Shown: positions 1 through 8,916 of the stretch, piece after piece
Numbering within the stretch: position 1 is the stretch's first letter
Layout of the letters: the number at the start of each line of letters is the position of its first letter
Assembly: GCA_030019215.1 (NCBI GenBank)
Contig: JASEEZ010000001.1
Span: forward strand, 84,211 to 148,210
Length of the DNA stretch: 64,000 bases
Reading direction: 5' to 3'
Source: Actinomycetota bacterium
GTDB lineage: Bacteria; Actinomycetota; Aquicultoria; Subteraquimicrobiales; UBA9087
The notes under the pieces: generated by a model
The model's input: only the letters and a program-made list of their open reading frames with translations
Told to the model about the DNA's origin: nothing
Database searches by the model: none
Position numbers and translations under genes: made by a program

Positions 1-343
1 CAGTCAAGGTGGCAATTCCCGAGAGATGTTGCAGGAAATTCAAGGCGGTGCGCTCGCCGAGCAAAATCACCTTGATGGATCCCTCCAGCTCGGCGATTAT
101 CTGTCCACCCTCGACTCTTTCCCCTTCCTCCACTCGAGATTGGAATGAAACCTCCCCCACGAGAGCAAAGACCCGGGTTGCGACCTCAATGCCGGCGATC
201 ACCCCCGAATCTCGGCAGAGGATGGCCGCCCTTACTTCCCTGGATGTCGGAAACAACGCTCTGGTGGTGATATCACCGACTTCGCCCAGGTCCTCTTCCA
301 AAGCCACCCGAATTATCTCGTCCAATTTTTGTCTCTCGATCAT
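1..343 (-). CDS. nadC: Nicotinate-nucleotide diphosphorylase (carboxylating), 5' part; runs off the window
   Basis: Not in ORF track; manual translation MIERQKLDEIIRVALEEDLGEVGDITTRA (ALxED..GDITT motif), downstream of nadA-nadB. Confidence 0.93.
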   Translation of the reverse strand, partial: MIERQKLDEIIRVALEEDLGEVGDITTRALFPTSREVRAAILCRDSGVIAGIEVATRVFALVGEVSFQSRVEEGERVEGGQIIAELEGSIKVILLGERTALNFLQHLSGIATLT

Positions 344-359
344 CCGCACTTCACGGATC

Positions 360-452
360 CTAACGGCGGCGCTTAAAGCGGGTTCTCTTCAGCATCTTTT
401 TATACTTGTGTCTGCGTATCTTCTTACGCCTCTTCCTTACGACCGAACCCAA
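360..452 (-). CDS. 30-aa basic protein, bS22 (AURKAIP1/COX24-domain) small ribosomal protein
   Basis: TTG start, GAGGAG RBS at about 465-470; MGSVVRKRRKKIRRHKYKKMLKRTRFKRRR resembles actinobacterial bS22 (MGSVIKKRRKRM..K.K.RK.L.RTR). Confidence 0.88.
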   Translation of the reverse strand: MGSVVRKRRKKIRRHKYKKMLKRTRFKRRR

Positions 453-499
453 ATTCTCTCACTTCTCCTCTTTCAAACTGTCGGTCGTCCGATGTTGGA

Positions 500-735
500 T
501 GTTCCTTGTTCCTTGTTCCTTGTTCCTTGTTCCTGGTTCCTGGTTCCTATTTAGCTTAGAGCTTGGAGCCAAGAGCTTAGAGAAAAATCTTTCGTCCTTC
601 GTCCTTCGCCCTTCGTCCTTCGCCCTTCGTCCTTCGCCCTTCGTCCTTCGTCCTTCGCCCTTCGTCCTTCGCCACCTGACTCTTGACCCATGTCCCATGA
701 CTCCTGGTAGCTGGAAGCTGGCCCCTGGCAGCTAC
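500..735. repeat. Mosaic heptanucleotide tandem repeat tract
   Basis: Successive 7-nt periodic blocks: TTCCTTG/TTCCTGG, GAGCTTA/GAGCTTG, TTCGTCC/TTCGCCC (about 12 units), TGACCCA-like, GGAAGCT-like. Confidence 0.9.
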
Positions 736-756
736 TCTCTTCCCCATTATAAACTA

Positions 757-2343
757 TCATCTCAAAATGATGTGCTTCTTCCAGTTCGCATCGTCCTTCT
801 CGGGAAAATCCTCCCGAAAATGCACCCCCCTGCTCTCCTCGCGCATCGAAGCAGCCCGAGCAATGAGTTTCGCCACGATGACCATGTTTTGCAGTTCAAA
901 GCCCTTGACCGAGGAGAACTCGACTTCCAAAATTTCTTCCAGGTCACCAAAAACCTCCAGGGCTTCCCCCAGACTCTCCCTGGAACGAGTGACACCCACC
1001 TTTTCCATCATGGTCTCCTGCAACAATCTCCTGCTTCCGTCGAGGTCGACCCAGACATCCCTTTTGGGGATGCTGCTCTTCACTCTCACCCCTCGCAGGT
1101 TATTCTGGGAAATCTCCTCCGTCTCCCGCCCCAGAACATCCACGATTCTCTTGCTGAACACCAAACCTTCCAGGAGTGAGTTGCTGGCGAGCCTGTTCGC
1201 CCCGTGAACACCCGTGGCCGCCACCTCCCCACTGACATAAAGACCTGGAAGGGTTGTCCTCCCATCCACATCCGCCTTAACCCCACCTATCATATAGTGC
1301 GCCGCTGGCAAGACTGGGATGAGATCGGTCGCCAGACTATATCCGCACTCCTCACACTTCTGCCAGATGGTCGAAAACCTTACCTTTAGTTTCTCGGTGG
1401 GAATGTGTGTGGCATCGAGATACACATGATCCGTCCGGCACCTCTCCATCACTTTGATCATCTCCCGAACGACCACGCCACGGGGCGCCAACTCGGCCAT
1501 CGGATGGACGCCGACCATGAATCTCTTACCCGAACAATCCCTCAAATAGGCGCCCTCTCCTCTCAGAGCCTCCGTTATCAGAAAGCGAGGCGAGTGCTCG
1601 GAGTCGAGGGCCGTGGGATGAAACTGCACAAACTCCATGTCCATCATCTCAGCACCAGCACGATAGGCCATGGACATGCCATCGCCCGTTGAAATCAAGG
1701 GGTTGGTGGTAACGCTGTAGATCTGCCCCGCTCCACCCGTGGCCAGAATCACCGCCCGGGCAAAGCAAAGACTAAATTCGCCGAGAGCTGGATCGAAAAC
1801 CAATAAACCCACGCAACGTCCCTCGGAGGTCAAAAGGTCCAGCGCAAATTGGTGCTCCTGGATTTCCAAACCGGAGCAGAGTTTGGCCATCCTGACCAGT
1901 GTCGCCTCGATAGCGCTCCCCGTAGCATCCCCGACGTGAAGGATGCGGGGAAGAGAATGTCCACCCTCTCTAGTCAATCTGATCTCCTCGCCAAGGCGAT
2001 CGAACTCTGCCCCCATATCGATGAGATCCATAACGCGCTCCCGCCCTTCGCTGACCAGAATTTTGACGACCTCCGGTTCACAGAGACCATCGCCGGCCCT
2101 CGTCGTATCCTCGAAGTGAAGTTCGGGAGAGTCGTGTTTGCCGAGGGCGGTCGCCACCCCGCCCTGAGCATACCAGGTGGTGGTCTCCCTGACCTCCCCT
2201 TTAGTTAAAAGGAGTGTTTTGTGGATATCACAAACTCGAAGGGCAGCGGTCAGCCCCGCTATCCCGCTGCCGACCACGATGAAATCGTAGAAGGACTTGG
2301 TCAACTTCTCGGAATCGAAATTCACCAGATATCGGGGGATCAT
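757..2343 (-). CDS. nadB: L-aspartate oxidase
   Basis: GSGIAG FAD motif, YAQGG, QFHPT, LITEALRGEG, AHYMIGG, HGANRLASNSLLE, ESRGVHFR. Confidence 0.97.
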   Translation of the reverse strand: MIPRYLVNFDSEKLTKSFYDFIVVGSGIAGLTAALRVCDIHKTLLLTKGEVRETTTWYAQGGVATALGKHDSPELHFEDTTRAGDGLCEPEVVKILVSEGRERVMDLIDMGAEFDRLGEEIRLTREGGHSLPRILHVGDATGSAIEATLVRMAKLCSGLEIQEHQFALDLLTSEGRCVGLLVFDPALGEFSLCFARAVILATGGAGQIYSVTTNPLISTGDGMSMAYRAGAEMMDMEFVQFHPTALDSEHSPRFLITEALRGEGAYLRDCSGKRFMVGVHPMAELAPRGVVVREMIKVMERCRTDHVYLDATHIPTEKLKVRFSTIWQKCEECGYSLATDLIPVLPAAHYMIGGVKADVDGRTTLPGLYVSGEVAATGVHGANRLASNSLLEGLVFSKRIVDVLGRETEEISQNNLRGVRVKSSIPKRDVWVDLDGSRRLLQETMMEKVGVTRSRESLGEALEVFGDLEEILEVEFSSVKGFELQNMVIVAKLIARAASMREESRGVHFREDFPEKDDANWKKHIILR

Positions 2344-3260
2344 ACCAGTTCCACCATCCGTTTGACCGCCTCTTCCGCCCTGAGACGAACGTCCTCGGGA
2401 ATGACTACGCGAGGTTCCAAGGTCTCCAGGCTCTTCACTATCTTTTCCAAGGTGATTAATTTCATATCGGGACAGATTGCGGTCTCAATAGGGTAAAACA
2501 CCTTCCCGGGGTTCTCTTTTTTGAGACGATAGACGATGCCCACTTCCGTCCCCACTATTATCTCACCGGCCACGCTTTCGCGCGCGTATCTGACCATCCC
2601 GGATGTCCCACAGACCTCATCCGCCAACCTCAAAACCTCCAGATGACACTCGGGATGAGCCATGAACCGAGCTCCTGGATGCTCTCTCTTGAGCTTGGTG
2701 ACCTGCTCCAGGGAGATCTTCGCATCGTGGACGTGACAGGCGCCATCCCAGAGGATAACCTCCTTGTCCACCCGAGAAGATACGTAGGCTCCGAGGTTCC
2801 TGTCCGGGACGAAGATAACCTTCTCCCCATCGAGAGACTCAACAATTCGGACCGCATTAGCCGAAGTGCAACAGACATCGCTCTCGGCCTTGACCGCCGC
2901 CGAGGAGTTCACATAGCAAACCACCTTTGCATCCGGATACTCCCTTCGCTTTTCCCTCAGCGCCTCCGCTGTGATCATATCCGCCAAAGGGCAACCGGCC
3001 TTGAGATCAGGTAGAATGACTATTTTCTCGGGACTGAGAATGAAGGCCGTCTCAGCCATGAAATGCACACCGCAGAAGACGATAACCGCCGCATCGGTGG
3101 CCGCCGCCAGCCGGGAGAGCTCCAGCGAATCGCCCACGTAATCAGCGATGTCTTGAATCTCACCGGGTTGGTAGTTGTGAGCCAGAATGACCGCATTTTG
3201 CCTTCTCTTCAGCTCCTCAATTCTGTCGATCAACTTCATTTCCATCCCCACATTCCTCAT
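2340..3260 (-). CDS. nadA: Quinolinate synthase A
   Basis: LAHNYQ, FCGVHFMAETA, AGCPLA, CYVNS, CCTSANA, AHPEC, CPDMK. Confidence 0.97.
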   Translation of the reverse strand: MRNVGMEMKLIDRIEELKRRQNAVILAHNYQPGEIQDIADYVGDSLELSRLAAATDAAVIVFCGVHFMAETAFILSPEKIVILPDLKAGCPLADMITAEALREKRREYPDAKVVCYVNSSAAVKAESDVCCTSANAVRIVESLDGEKVIFVPDRNLGAYVSSRVDKEVILWDGACHVHDAKISLEQVTKLKREHPGARFMAHPECHLEVLRLADEVCGTSGMVRYARESVAGEIIVGTEVGIVYRLKKENPGKVFYPIETAICPDMKLITLEKIVKSLETLEPRVVIPEDVRLRAEEAVKRMVELV

Positions 3261-3337
3261 CTCGACTCAGCAGAGATCGAACTCCTCATGATAGTCGCCA
3301 TATCGATGACCCGATTCTCCTCATCGACCAAGACATA
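3257..3337 (-). pseudogene. panD: Probable 3' remnant of aspartate 1-decarboxylase
   Basis: Reads YVLVDEENRVIDMA...SR*, like the PanD C-terminal strand VxVDExNRI; TGA overlaps the nadA ATG (ATGA); no start codon or N-terminal part. Confidence 0.5.
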
Positions 3338-3350
3338 GGATAAGACAATA

Positions 3351-3443
3351 AAGTCTTCTTGCGACCAAAAGGAGACTTAAGCGTAAGACTCAACCATTTC
3401 TTTATCAAAACCGTCCCGGTCGCCGAAGAATCCAAGCGGTTCT
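3351..3443 (-). promoter_or_regulatory. pan-like RNA leader followed by an attenuator hairpin
   Basis: Minus strand AACCGCTTGGATTCTTCGGCGACCGGGACGGTT resembles the bulged pan motif hairpin; then hairpin AAGTCTCCTT/AAGAAGACTT plus T-rich tail (3351-3378). Confidence 0.6.
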
Positions 3444-3460
3444 GGGAATAATTTTGCAAA

Positions 3461-3489
3461 AGTATAGCACTAATCCTTCAGATCTCCAA
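3461..3489 (-). promoter_or_regulatory. sigma70-type promoter for the pan-leader/nad transcript
   Basis: TTGGAG-N17-TATACT with extended -10 TG. Confidence 0.6.
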
Positions 3490-3970
3490 TTCTGACGGCT
3501 CTTTGAGGAAGAGAGTCGTCGAGGAACTCGCGGATGGAAACACCCGAGGGCATCTTTTCCTCGGGAGATATCTCCAAGAGGGGAGCGAGCACGAAAGCCC
3601 GTTTAAGCATCTCCGGATGGGGAATGACGATACCTGGCTCCCTGACCTCTTTTTCGCCATAGAGGAGGATATCAACATCGATCGCGCGCGGTCCCCACTT
3701 CACCTGCCTCTTTCGCCCCAGGATATCCTCGATAAAATGGCAGACACCGAGCAGTTCAGTAGGGGACAAGTCCGCTTCTATTTCGGCAACTATATTATAG
3801 AACTTACGCTGGTCGGCATACCCTTCCGGCTCAGTTTCGTAGACGGAGGAGATTTTGATCAGATCGATGCCCCCGTGAGCCTCGAGGATTTTAATGGCCG
3901 CTCGTAGATAGGCCTTTCTATTACCAATGTTCGATCCCAAACTCAAGTACACCCTGGGCATAAGAATCAC
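3470..3970 (-). CDS. folK: 2-amino-4-hydroxy-6-hydroxymethyldihydropteridine diphosphokinase
   Basis: YLSLGSNIG, SSVYETEP, WGPRAIDVDIL, IPHP..RAFVL. Confidence 0.96.
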   Translation of the reverse strand: MILMPRVYLSLGSNIGNRKAYLRAAIKILEAHGGIDLIKISSVYETEPEGYADQRKFYNIVAEIEADLSPTELLGVCHFIEDILGRKRQVKWGPRAIDVDILLYGEKEVREPGIVIPHPEMLKRAFVLAPLLEISPEEKMPSGVSIREFLDDSLPQRAVRIGDLKD

Positions 3971-3974
3971 TTCG

Positions 3975-4213
3975 TCTCTAGTCGAGAGTCTCTCAGTCGG
4001 CAGTCAGCAGTTTTTAGCTCCCAGTCTCCAGCTTCCAGCCGCTAAAATTGGAATTTAAGAACTAAAAATGAAGAATGATTTAAGGATTTAAAAACATTCT
4101 TAATTTTACGTTGCGTAAAGCAACGTTGTTGCCACGCAACTTTACGTTGTAATTTTTCACTTTTCATTCTCCATTTTTCATTAACTCCGACTCCCTACTC
4201 CCGACTACCGACT
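3975..4213. repeat. Nested inverted heptamer arrays with a central 36-bp palindromic micro-element
   Basis: Outer AGTCGRS-like units facing CTCCGAC-like units, middle AAAATGA-like units facing TTTTCAY units, centre element at 4111-4149. Confidence 0.75.
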
Positions 4214-5416
4214 TCTCACCATCGCATCCGTCATCCGCGCCACCCGGACCATTTCCTTCACGTCGTGCACCCTGACAATGTTTGCCCCTTGAGCGATGGC
4301 ATAAGCCACCGTGGCGGCGGTGCCCTCCAGTCTTTCCTCCACCGGTAAATCGAGAGTAAGCCCGATGAACGATTTCCTCGACGTTCCTACTAGGATGGGA
4401 AAGCCAAGGCTTTTGATCTCAGAAAGCCGACGCATTATCTCCAAATTGTGCTCCCTCGTTTTACCAAAACCGATCCCGGGATCAAGGATGATGTTCTCCC
4501 GCCGCACCCCGGCTTCCAGGGCAACTTGAGCTCTCTGTCTCAAGAACGAGATTATCTCCCCCATGAGACATTCGTATTGGGGATTTAACTGCATGTCTCT
4601 GGGCGTACCCTGCATATGCATGATGCACACGGGAACGCCTCTCCGAGCAATCAGCTCGATCATCCTCTCATCGCGAAGCCCGTTGATGTCGTTGACAATA
4701 CTCGCCCCGGCATCCAACGCTCGCTGGACTACCTCGGGCTTGTAGGAATCGATGGAGATTGGCTTATCGATCTTAGAGCTCAGCGCTTCGATGACCGGGG
4801 TCACGCGGTTTAGCTCCTCGTCCAGGCCCACGGGTTCTGCCCCCGGCCGAGTGGACTCCCCACCCACATCGATGACGTCTGCTCCCTCCTCCGCCATCTT
4901 CAAAGCGTGGGCAACCGCCCGATCCAATCGGAAGAACTTTCCACCGTCCGAGAAGGAGTCCGGAGTGACGTTCAGTGCACCCATTACGTGGGTGCGTCTC
5001 CCGAGATCGAGCTCATGCCCTCCAGCTCTCAGAACGGGTGGGGTGGATGAATAATTTTCCAATACCTCTTTTATCTCCTCGGCAACCTTGGCCAATCCAA
5101 AGGCCTGCTCGACCATTTTGGCGCAGAGCTCCTCATATTGCCTCGCGGTCCCCAGGAGGATGGCATCAGTAGTCTCCTTTTTGGTGAGATAGTAAACCCC
5201 TTTAGAGATGGCCGCCTCGCCATCCAGGGCCAACATCTCCTGTTTAAGGATGTTGGCAGCGCGGGGCTCCAGGGCCTCCAGCTTCACCAATCTGTGGACG
5301 GCCTTCGGCGCCATGATCTCTATGCCCCGCTCGTCGACTCCGGCTTTCCGCATCGCCAGCTTTATCCCAGCGATATCGGCGAGAGCCAGTACTCGGGCAT
5401 TGTGATTCGCATTCAT
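4205..5416 (-). CDS. folP: Dihydropteroate synthase with about 130-aa N-terminal extension
   Basis: MGALNVTPDSFSDGG, IDVGGESTRPG, DPGIGFGKT, GTSRKSFI, IVRVHDV. Confidence 0.96.
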   Translation of the reverse strand: MNANHNARVLALADIAGIKLAMRKAGVDERGIEIMAPKAVHRLVKLEALEPRAANILKQEMLALDGEAAISKGVYYLTKKETTDAILLGTARQYEELCAKMVEQAFGLAKVAEEIKEVLENYSSTPPVLRAGGHELDLGRRTHVMGALNVTPDSFSDGGKFFRLDRAVAHALKMAEEGADVIDVGGESTRPGAEPVGLDEELNRVTPVIEALSSKIDKPISIDSYKPEVVQRALDAGASIVNDINGLRDERMIELIARRGVPVCIMHMQGTPRDMQLNPQYECLMGEIISFLRQRAQVALEAGVRRENIILDPGIGFGKTREHNLEIMRRLSEIKSLGFPILVGTSRKSFIGLTLDLPVEERLEGTAATVAYAIAQGANIVRVHDVKEMVRVARMTDAMVRSR

Positions 5417-6007
5417 CTACTCCTCCAAACCCCTTACCCGTCCCTTGATGAGAGAGAGAACCTCTTCACGGGAAGCCTCATTTGTGCGGAAAATTCCTCG
5501 AACAGCTGAGGTCACCGTGGTCAAACCGGGGGCGCCAAGTGCATGAACCCCCCTCATGCTCATGCAGAGATGTTCGGCTTCGACGACCACCATGACTCCC
5601 AGGGGATCGAGGGCAGTAACCAAAACATCAGCGATAGTTGAGGTGAGCCTCTCCTGAAGCTGGGGCCTCTTGGCTCCCACATCGACCACCCGAGCGAGTT
5701 TGCTGAGACCGGTAACCCTGCCGCTCTCGCCCGGAATGTAGGCCACGTGAGCCCTGCCCACAAAGGGAATAAGGTGATCTTCGCAGATGGCATAGAGGGG
5801 TATATCTTTTACTAGAACCATTTCGTCGTGATCTTCGGTAAAGGTCACGGTGATCGCGCCTAGGGGCTTTACATCGACTCCGGCAAAGATCTCCTCGTAC
5901 ATATCAGCAACGCGAGCGGGGGTATCCCTCAATCCTTCTCTGTCGGCATCCTCCCCAATTCCCTCGATGATTAAACGGATACCCTGCTTGATCTTCTCCT
6001 TATCCAT
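5417..6007 (-). CDS. folE: GTP cyclohydrolase I
   Basis: [41 protein letters not shown]. Confidence 0.96.
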   Translation of the reverse strand: MDKEKIKQGIRLIIEGIGEDADREGLRDTPARVADMYEEIFAGVDVKPLGAITVTFTEDHDEMVLVKDIPLYAICEDHLIPFVGRAHVAYIPGESGRVTGLSKLARVVDVGAKRPQLQERLTSTIADVLVTALDPLGVMVVVEAEHLCMSMRGVHALGAPGLTTVTSAVRGIFRTNEASREEVLSLIKGRVRGLEE

Positions 6008-6027
6008 CCTTCACTCGCTGTCTAACC

Positions 6028-6058
6028 AAAAAGCCCCCGATGTATCGGGGGCTTTTTT
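6028..6058. terminator. Bidirectional terminator-like hairpin built on a CCCCCGA-N4-TCGGGGG palindrome
   Basis: AAAAAGCCCCCGATGTATCGGGGGCTTTTTT directly after the ftsH stop. Confidence 0.7.
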
Positions 6059-7961
6059 ACCCTTCGGCGGGCCGCAACTTGCCCGGTATCTTCTCCACCT
6101 TCCGGCTAGATCTCTCGCGTCTCACGGTCTCCTTCTTGGTCCTCTCCGCAACCTCTGGTGTGGGCTCGACGACGTCGCCCGCCCCCAAGAGCTTTTCCAG
6201 CTCCTCCCTTTCCAAGGTTTCCTTCTTCATCAGGTTTCTGGCAATCTCATCGAGCTTCCCTCTCTCCTTCTCGATAATCCGCTTGGCCTTACCCCAGGCC
6301 TCGTCAACGATGCGCCGGATCTCCTTGTCTATTTCATAGGCGATCTCTTGGCTATAGTCCGGTTGCGCAGCGAAATCACGCCCGAGGAATACCTCCTTCT
6401 GTTTCTGACCCAAGGTCAAGGGACCGAGCTTGTCACTCATCCCGTACTCGCAGACCATCTGGCGAGCTATCTTGGTGGTCCTCTCCAGATCGTCCTGGGC
6501 ACCGGTGGTCACATCATGGAAGATTATTTCCTCAGCCACCCGTCCACCCAAAAGCATCGTCAACTCGTCCGTGAGCTCGGATTTGGTGACCAGATAACGA
6601 TCCTCCGTGGGAAGGGTCAAGGTATAACCGAGTGCTCTCCCCCGAGGAATGATGGAGATCTTATGCACGGGATTGGTATTGGGCAAGACGTGAGCCACCA
6701 GGGCATGACCGGCCTCGTGGTGAGCGATTATCCCCTTCTCCCTGTCGCTGATAAGTCTGGCTTTTCGTTCGGGCCCAGCGATGACCCTATCGATCCCCTC
6801 CTCCAGCTCCTCCATATCAATTTGCTTCTTACCATGGCGAGCGGCCAGGAGAGCAGCCTCATTGACCAGGTTCGCTAGATCGGCACCGGTAAAACCGGGG
6901 GTTCGCCTGGCCAGTATCTCCAGATCAACATCCTTCGTCAAGGGTTTGTTCTTCACGTGAACCTCGAGTATCCCCACTCGCCCTCTGAGATCAGGTCGGT
7001 CGACCACGATCTGACGATCAAACCTACCCGGTCTAAGAAGAGCGGGATCGAGGATATCGGGGCGATTTGTCGCGGCGATGATGATGACGTTGTCCTTGAC
7101 ATCGAAGCCATCCATCTCCGCCAGCAACTGGTTGAGGGTCTGTTCCCTCTCATCGTGACCCCCGCCCAATCCGGCACCGCGATGCCGTCCCACGGCATCT
7201 ATCTCGTCCACAAAGATGATGCACGGGGCGCTGGTCTTGGCCTGCTGGAAAAGATCTCTAACCCGGGAGGCGCCAACCCCGACAAACATCTCCACGAACT
7301 CGGAGCCGCTGATGGAAAAGAAGGGCACCCCCGCCTCGCCGGCCACCGCTCGGGCAAGCAACGTCTTGCCCGAACCAGGTGGTCCGTAGAGGAGCACTCC
7401 CTTGGGTATTTTCGCACCGATTGTCTGGAATTTGCCCGGATTGGCCAGAAATTCCTTTATCTCCTCAAGTTCCTCGACGGCTTCATCAAGACCGGCAACA
7501 TCCTTGAAGGTAAGCCGGGGCTGATCCTTGGTCACCTTCCTGGGCCGACTCTTGCCAAAGGACATAACCTTGCTTCCGCCCCCCTGCATCTGCTGCACCA
7601 GGAACACCCAAACCCCAAGGATCAACACAAAGGGCAAGAGATTGGCGACAACAGACCACCACAACTTCTCCTGCTGAGGATCGACACTTGTTTTGACCTT
7701 GTGCTCAAGCAGAACTTCGGAGATATCGTAGCCTTCTTGATATGCGACTTCGAACTGCGTGCCATCCTTTAGCTTTCCCCTGATGATGTTGTCCTTATCG
7801 TAGATGGTAACGCTGCCGACCTTACCCCCTTCCACAAAGGTAACGAACTTGCCGAAATCGAGTTTTTCCTGGGCCGGGCGGCTGAAATAGCTCTGAGCGA
7901 AGAAAAGGATAAGAATCAAGAGGAGAAAGTAAAAGCCGGCGCTCTTGAGTACTCTCTTCAA
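6057..7961 (-). CDS. ftsH: ATP-dependent zinc metalloprotease FtsH
   Basis: Two TM segments, [39 protein letters not shown]. Confidence 0.98.
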   Translation of the reverse strand: MKRVLKSAGFYFLLLILILFFAQSYFSRPAQEKLDFGKFVTFVEGGKVGSVTIYDKDNIIRGKLKDGTQFEVAYQEGYDISEVLLEHKVKTSVDPQQEKLWWSVVANLLPFVLILGVWVFLVQQMQGGGSKVMSFGKSRPRKVTKDQPRLTFKDVAGLDEAVEELEEIKEFLANPGKFQTIGAKIPKGVLLYGPPGSGKTLLARAVAGEAGVPFFSISGSEFVEMFVGVGASRVRDLFQQAKTSAPCIIFVDEIDAVGRHRGAGLGGGHDEREQTLNQLLAEMDGFDVKDNVIIIAATNRPDILDPALLRPGRFDRQIVVDRPDLRGRVGILEVHVKNKPLTKDVDLEILARRTPGFTGADLANLVNEAALLAARHGKKQIDMEELEEGIDRVIAGPERKARLISDREKGIIAHHEAGHALVAHVLPNTNPVHKISIIPRGRALGYTLTLPTEDRYLVTKSELTDELTMLLGGRVAEEIIFHDVTTGAQDDLERTTKIARQMVCEYGMSDKLGPLTLGQKQKEVFLGRDFAAQPDYSQEIAYEIDKEIRRIVDEAWGKAKRIIEKERGKLDEIARNLMKKETLEREELEKLLGAGDVVEPTPEVAERTKKETVRRERSSRKVEKIPGKLRPAEG

Positions 7962-8210
7962 AAAAATTCCCCCCCTTAAAGGACTAGTGCAGTTACAACT
8001 ATTTCTTATGCCACTTCTTTCAAATAATACCTTTCACCTTTTGTTTGTCAGCTGACCGACTTTTTGGGAGATCAGCCATGCACCTTCTATGTCTTTTTCT
8101 ACTAAAAAAGACGTAGATTAGTTGACAAAACGTTCTATCTTAAAGTTGTAACGGTACTAGCCTAATGATACCATAATCAGAGGGTAGGAGACAATTTGAC
8201 CGAGTGGCGG

Positions 8211-8753
8211 TCAAGCTTCACGGCAAATCTCGGGTTTAAGGGCATAAATGCAGGGGAAATACCGATACTTTTGGGCAAAGTCGAGACCGTAGCCGACCAC
8301 AAATCGATCGGGGACCTCAAAACCAAGGTACTTTATCTCCAAGGGAACCCGCTGCTTCCCCTTCTTGCTGAGAAAAGCACACACCTGAAGACTTGCGGGA
8401 TGTCGGGCCTTCAGGCTTTTCAGAAGATAACTGAGGGTCAATCCCGTATCCACGATATCCTCCACCACGAGGACATGTCGGCCCCTGATATCCTCGTCCA
8501 GATCCTTCAAGATACGCACTACGCCAGAGGATTTTGTGGCCTGACCATAACTGGAGATGGCCATGAAATCGATCTCCACGGGAACGGTCAACTCCCTCAT
8601 CAAATCGGCCAAAAAAACAATGGCCCCCCTGAGCACCCCTACCAATAGCGGGGATTTTCCTCGATAATCCCGGGAAATCTCCTCCGCCAACTCTTTGACC
8701 CTCTTCTTGATCGCCCTCTCGCCGATCAAAACCTCACCGATTTCCCCCTTCAC
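8211..8753 (-). CDS. hpt: Hypoxanthine phosphoribosyltransferase
   Basis: VLVVEDIVDTGLTL, FVVGYGLD; probable GTG start at 8753 (longer ORF-track start lies in a repeat). Confidence 0.95.
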   Translation of the reverse strand: MKGEIGEVLIGERAIKKRVKELAEEISRDYRGKSPLLVGVLRGAIVFLADLMRELTVPVEIDFMAISSYGQATKSSGVVRILKDLDEDIRGRHVLVVEDIVDTGLTLSYLLKSLKARHPASLQVCAFLSKKGKQRVPLEIKYLGFEVPDRFVVGYGLDFAQKYRYFPCIYALKPEICREA

Positions 8754-8780
8754 AACACTCCCCCTTCGTTGATTATGGAA

Positions 8781-8916
8781 GGATTCGAGGGGTCGAGGAT
8801 TCAAGTGTCGCATTTTTCTAAGATTTTCACTTGACCCCTTGATCCCTGGAATCCTTGAATCCTAAAGCTCTCTTTACGCTTTACTCACCGTAGTGGTTTT
8901 TACCCACTATTTTTGG
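8781..8916. repeat. Octamer-repeat palindromic element plus adjacent MITE fragment (copy 1; copy 2 at 30188-30429)
   Basis: GGATTCGA/GGGGTCGA units facing CTTGACCC/CTTGATCC/CTGGAATC units, then TAAAGCTCTCTT...TACCCACTATTTTTGG, which supplies the last codons of tilS. Confidence 0.85.

Noticed and set aside
500-735. CRISPR array
   Set aside because: 7-nt tandem units without spacers; no cas genes and no repeat-spacer array seen anywhere in the window
406-760. ORFs with RRTKGEG / FVLRPS repeats
   Set aside because: Translations of the heptamer DNA tract; no RBS or domain
5530-5543. 3-aa insert in FolE (HALGAPG) as another mirror element
   Set aside because: GCA-CTT-GGC-GCC fits only loosely and is too short to support
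5850-7772. Long plus-strand ORFs opposite ftsH (and similar ones opposite the HD-GYP gene, pyrD and pyrB)
   Set aside because: Antisense shadows of conserved genes
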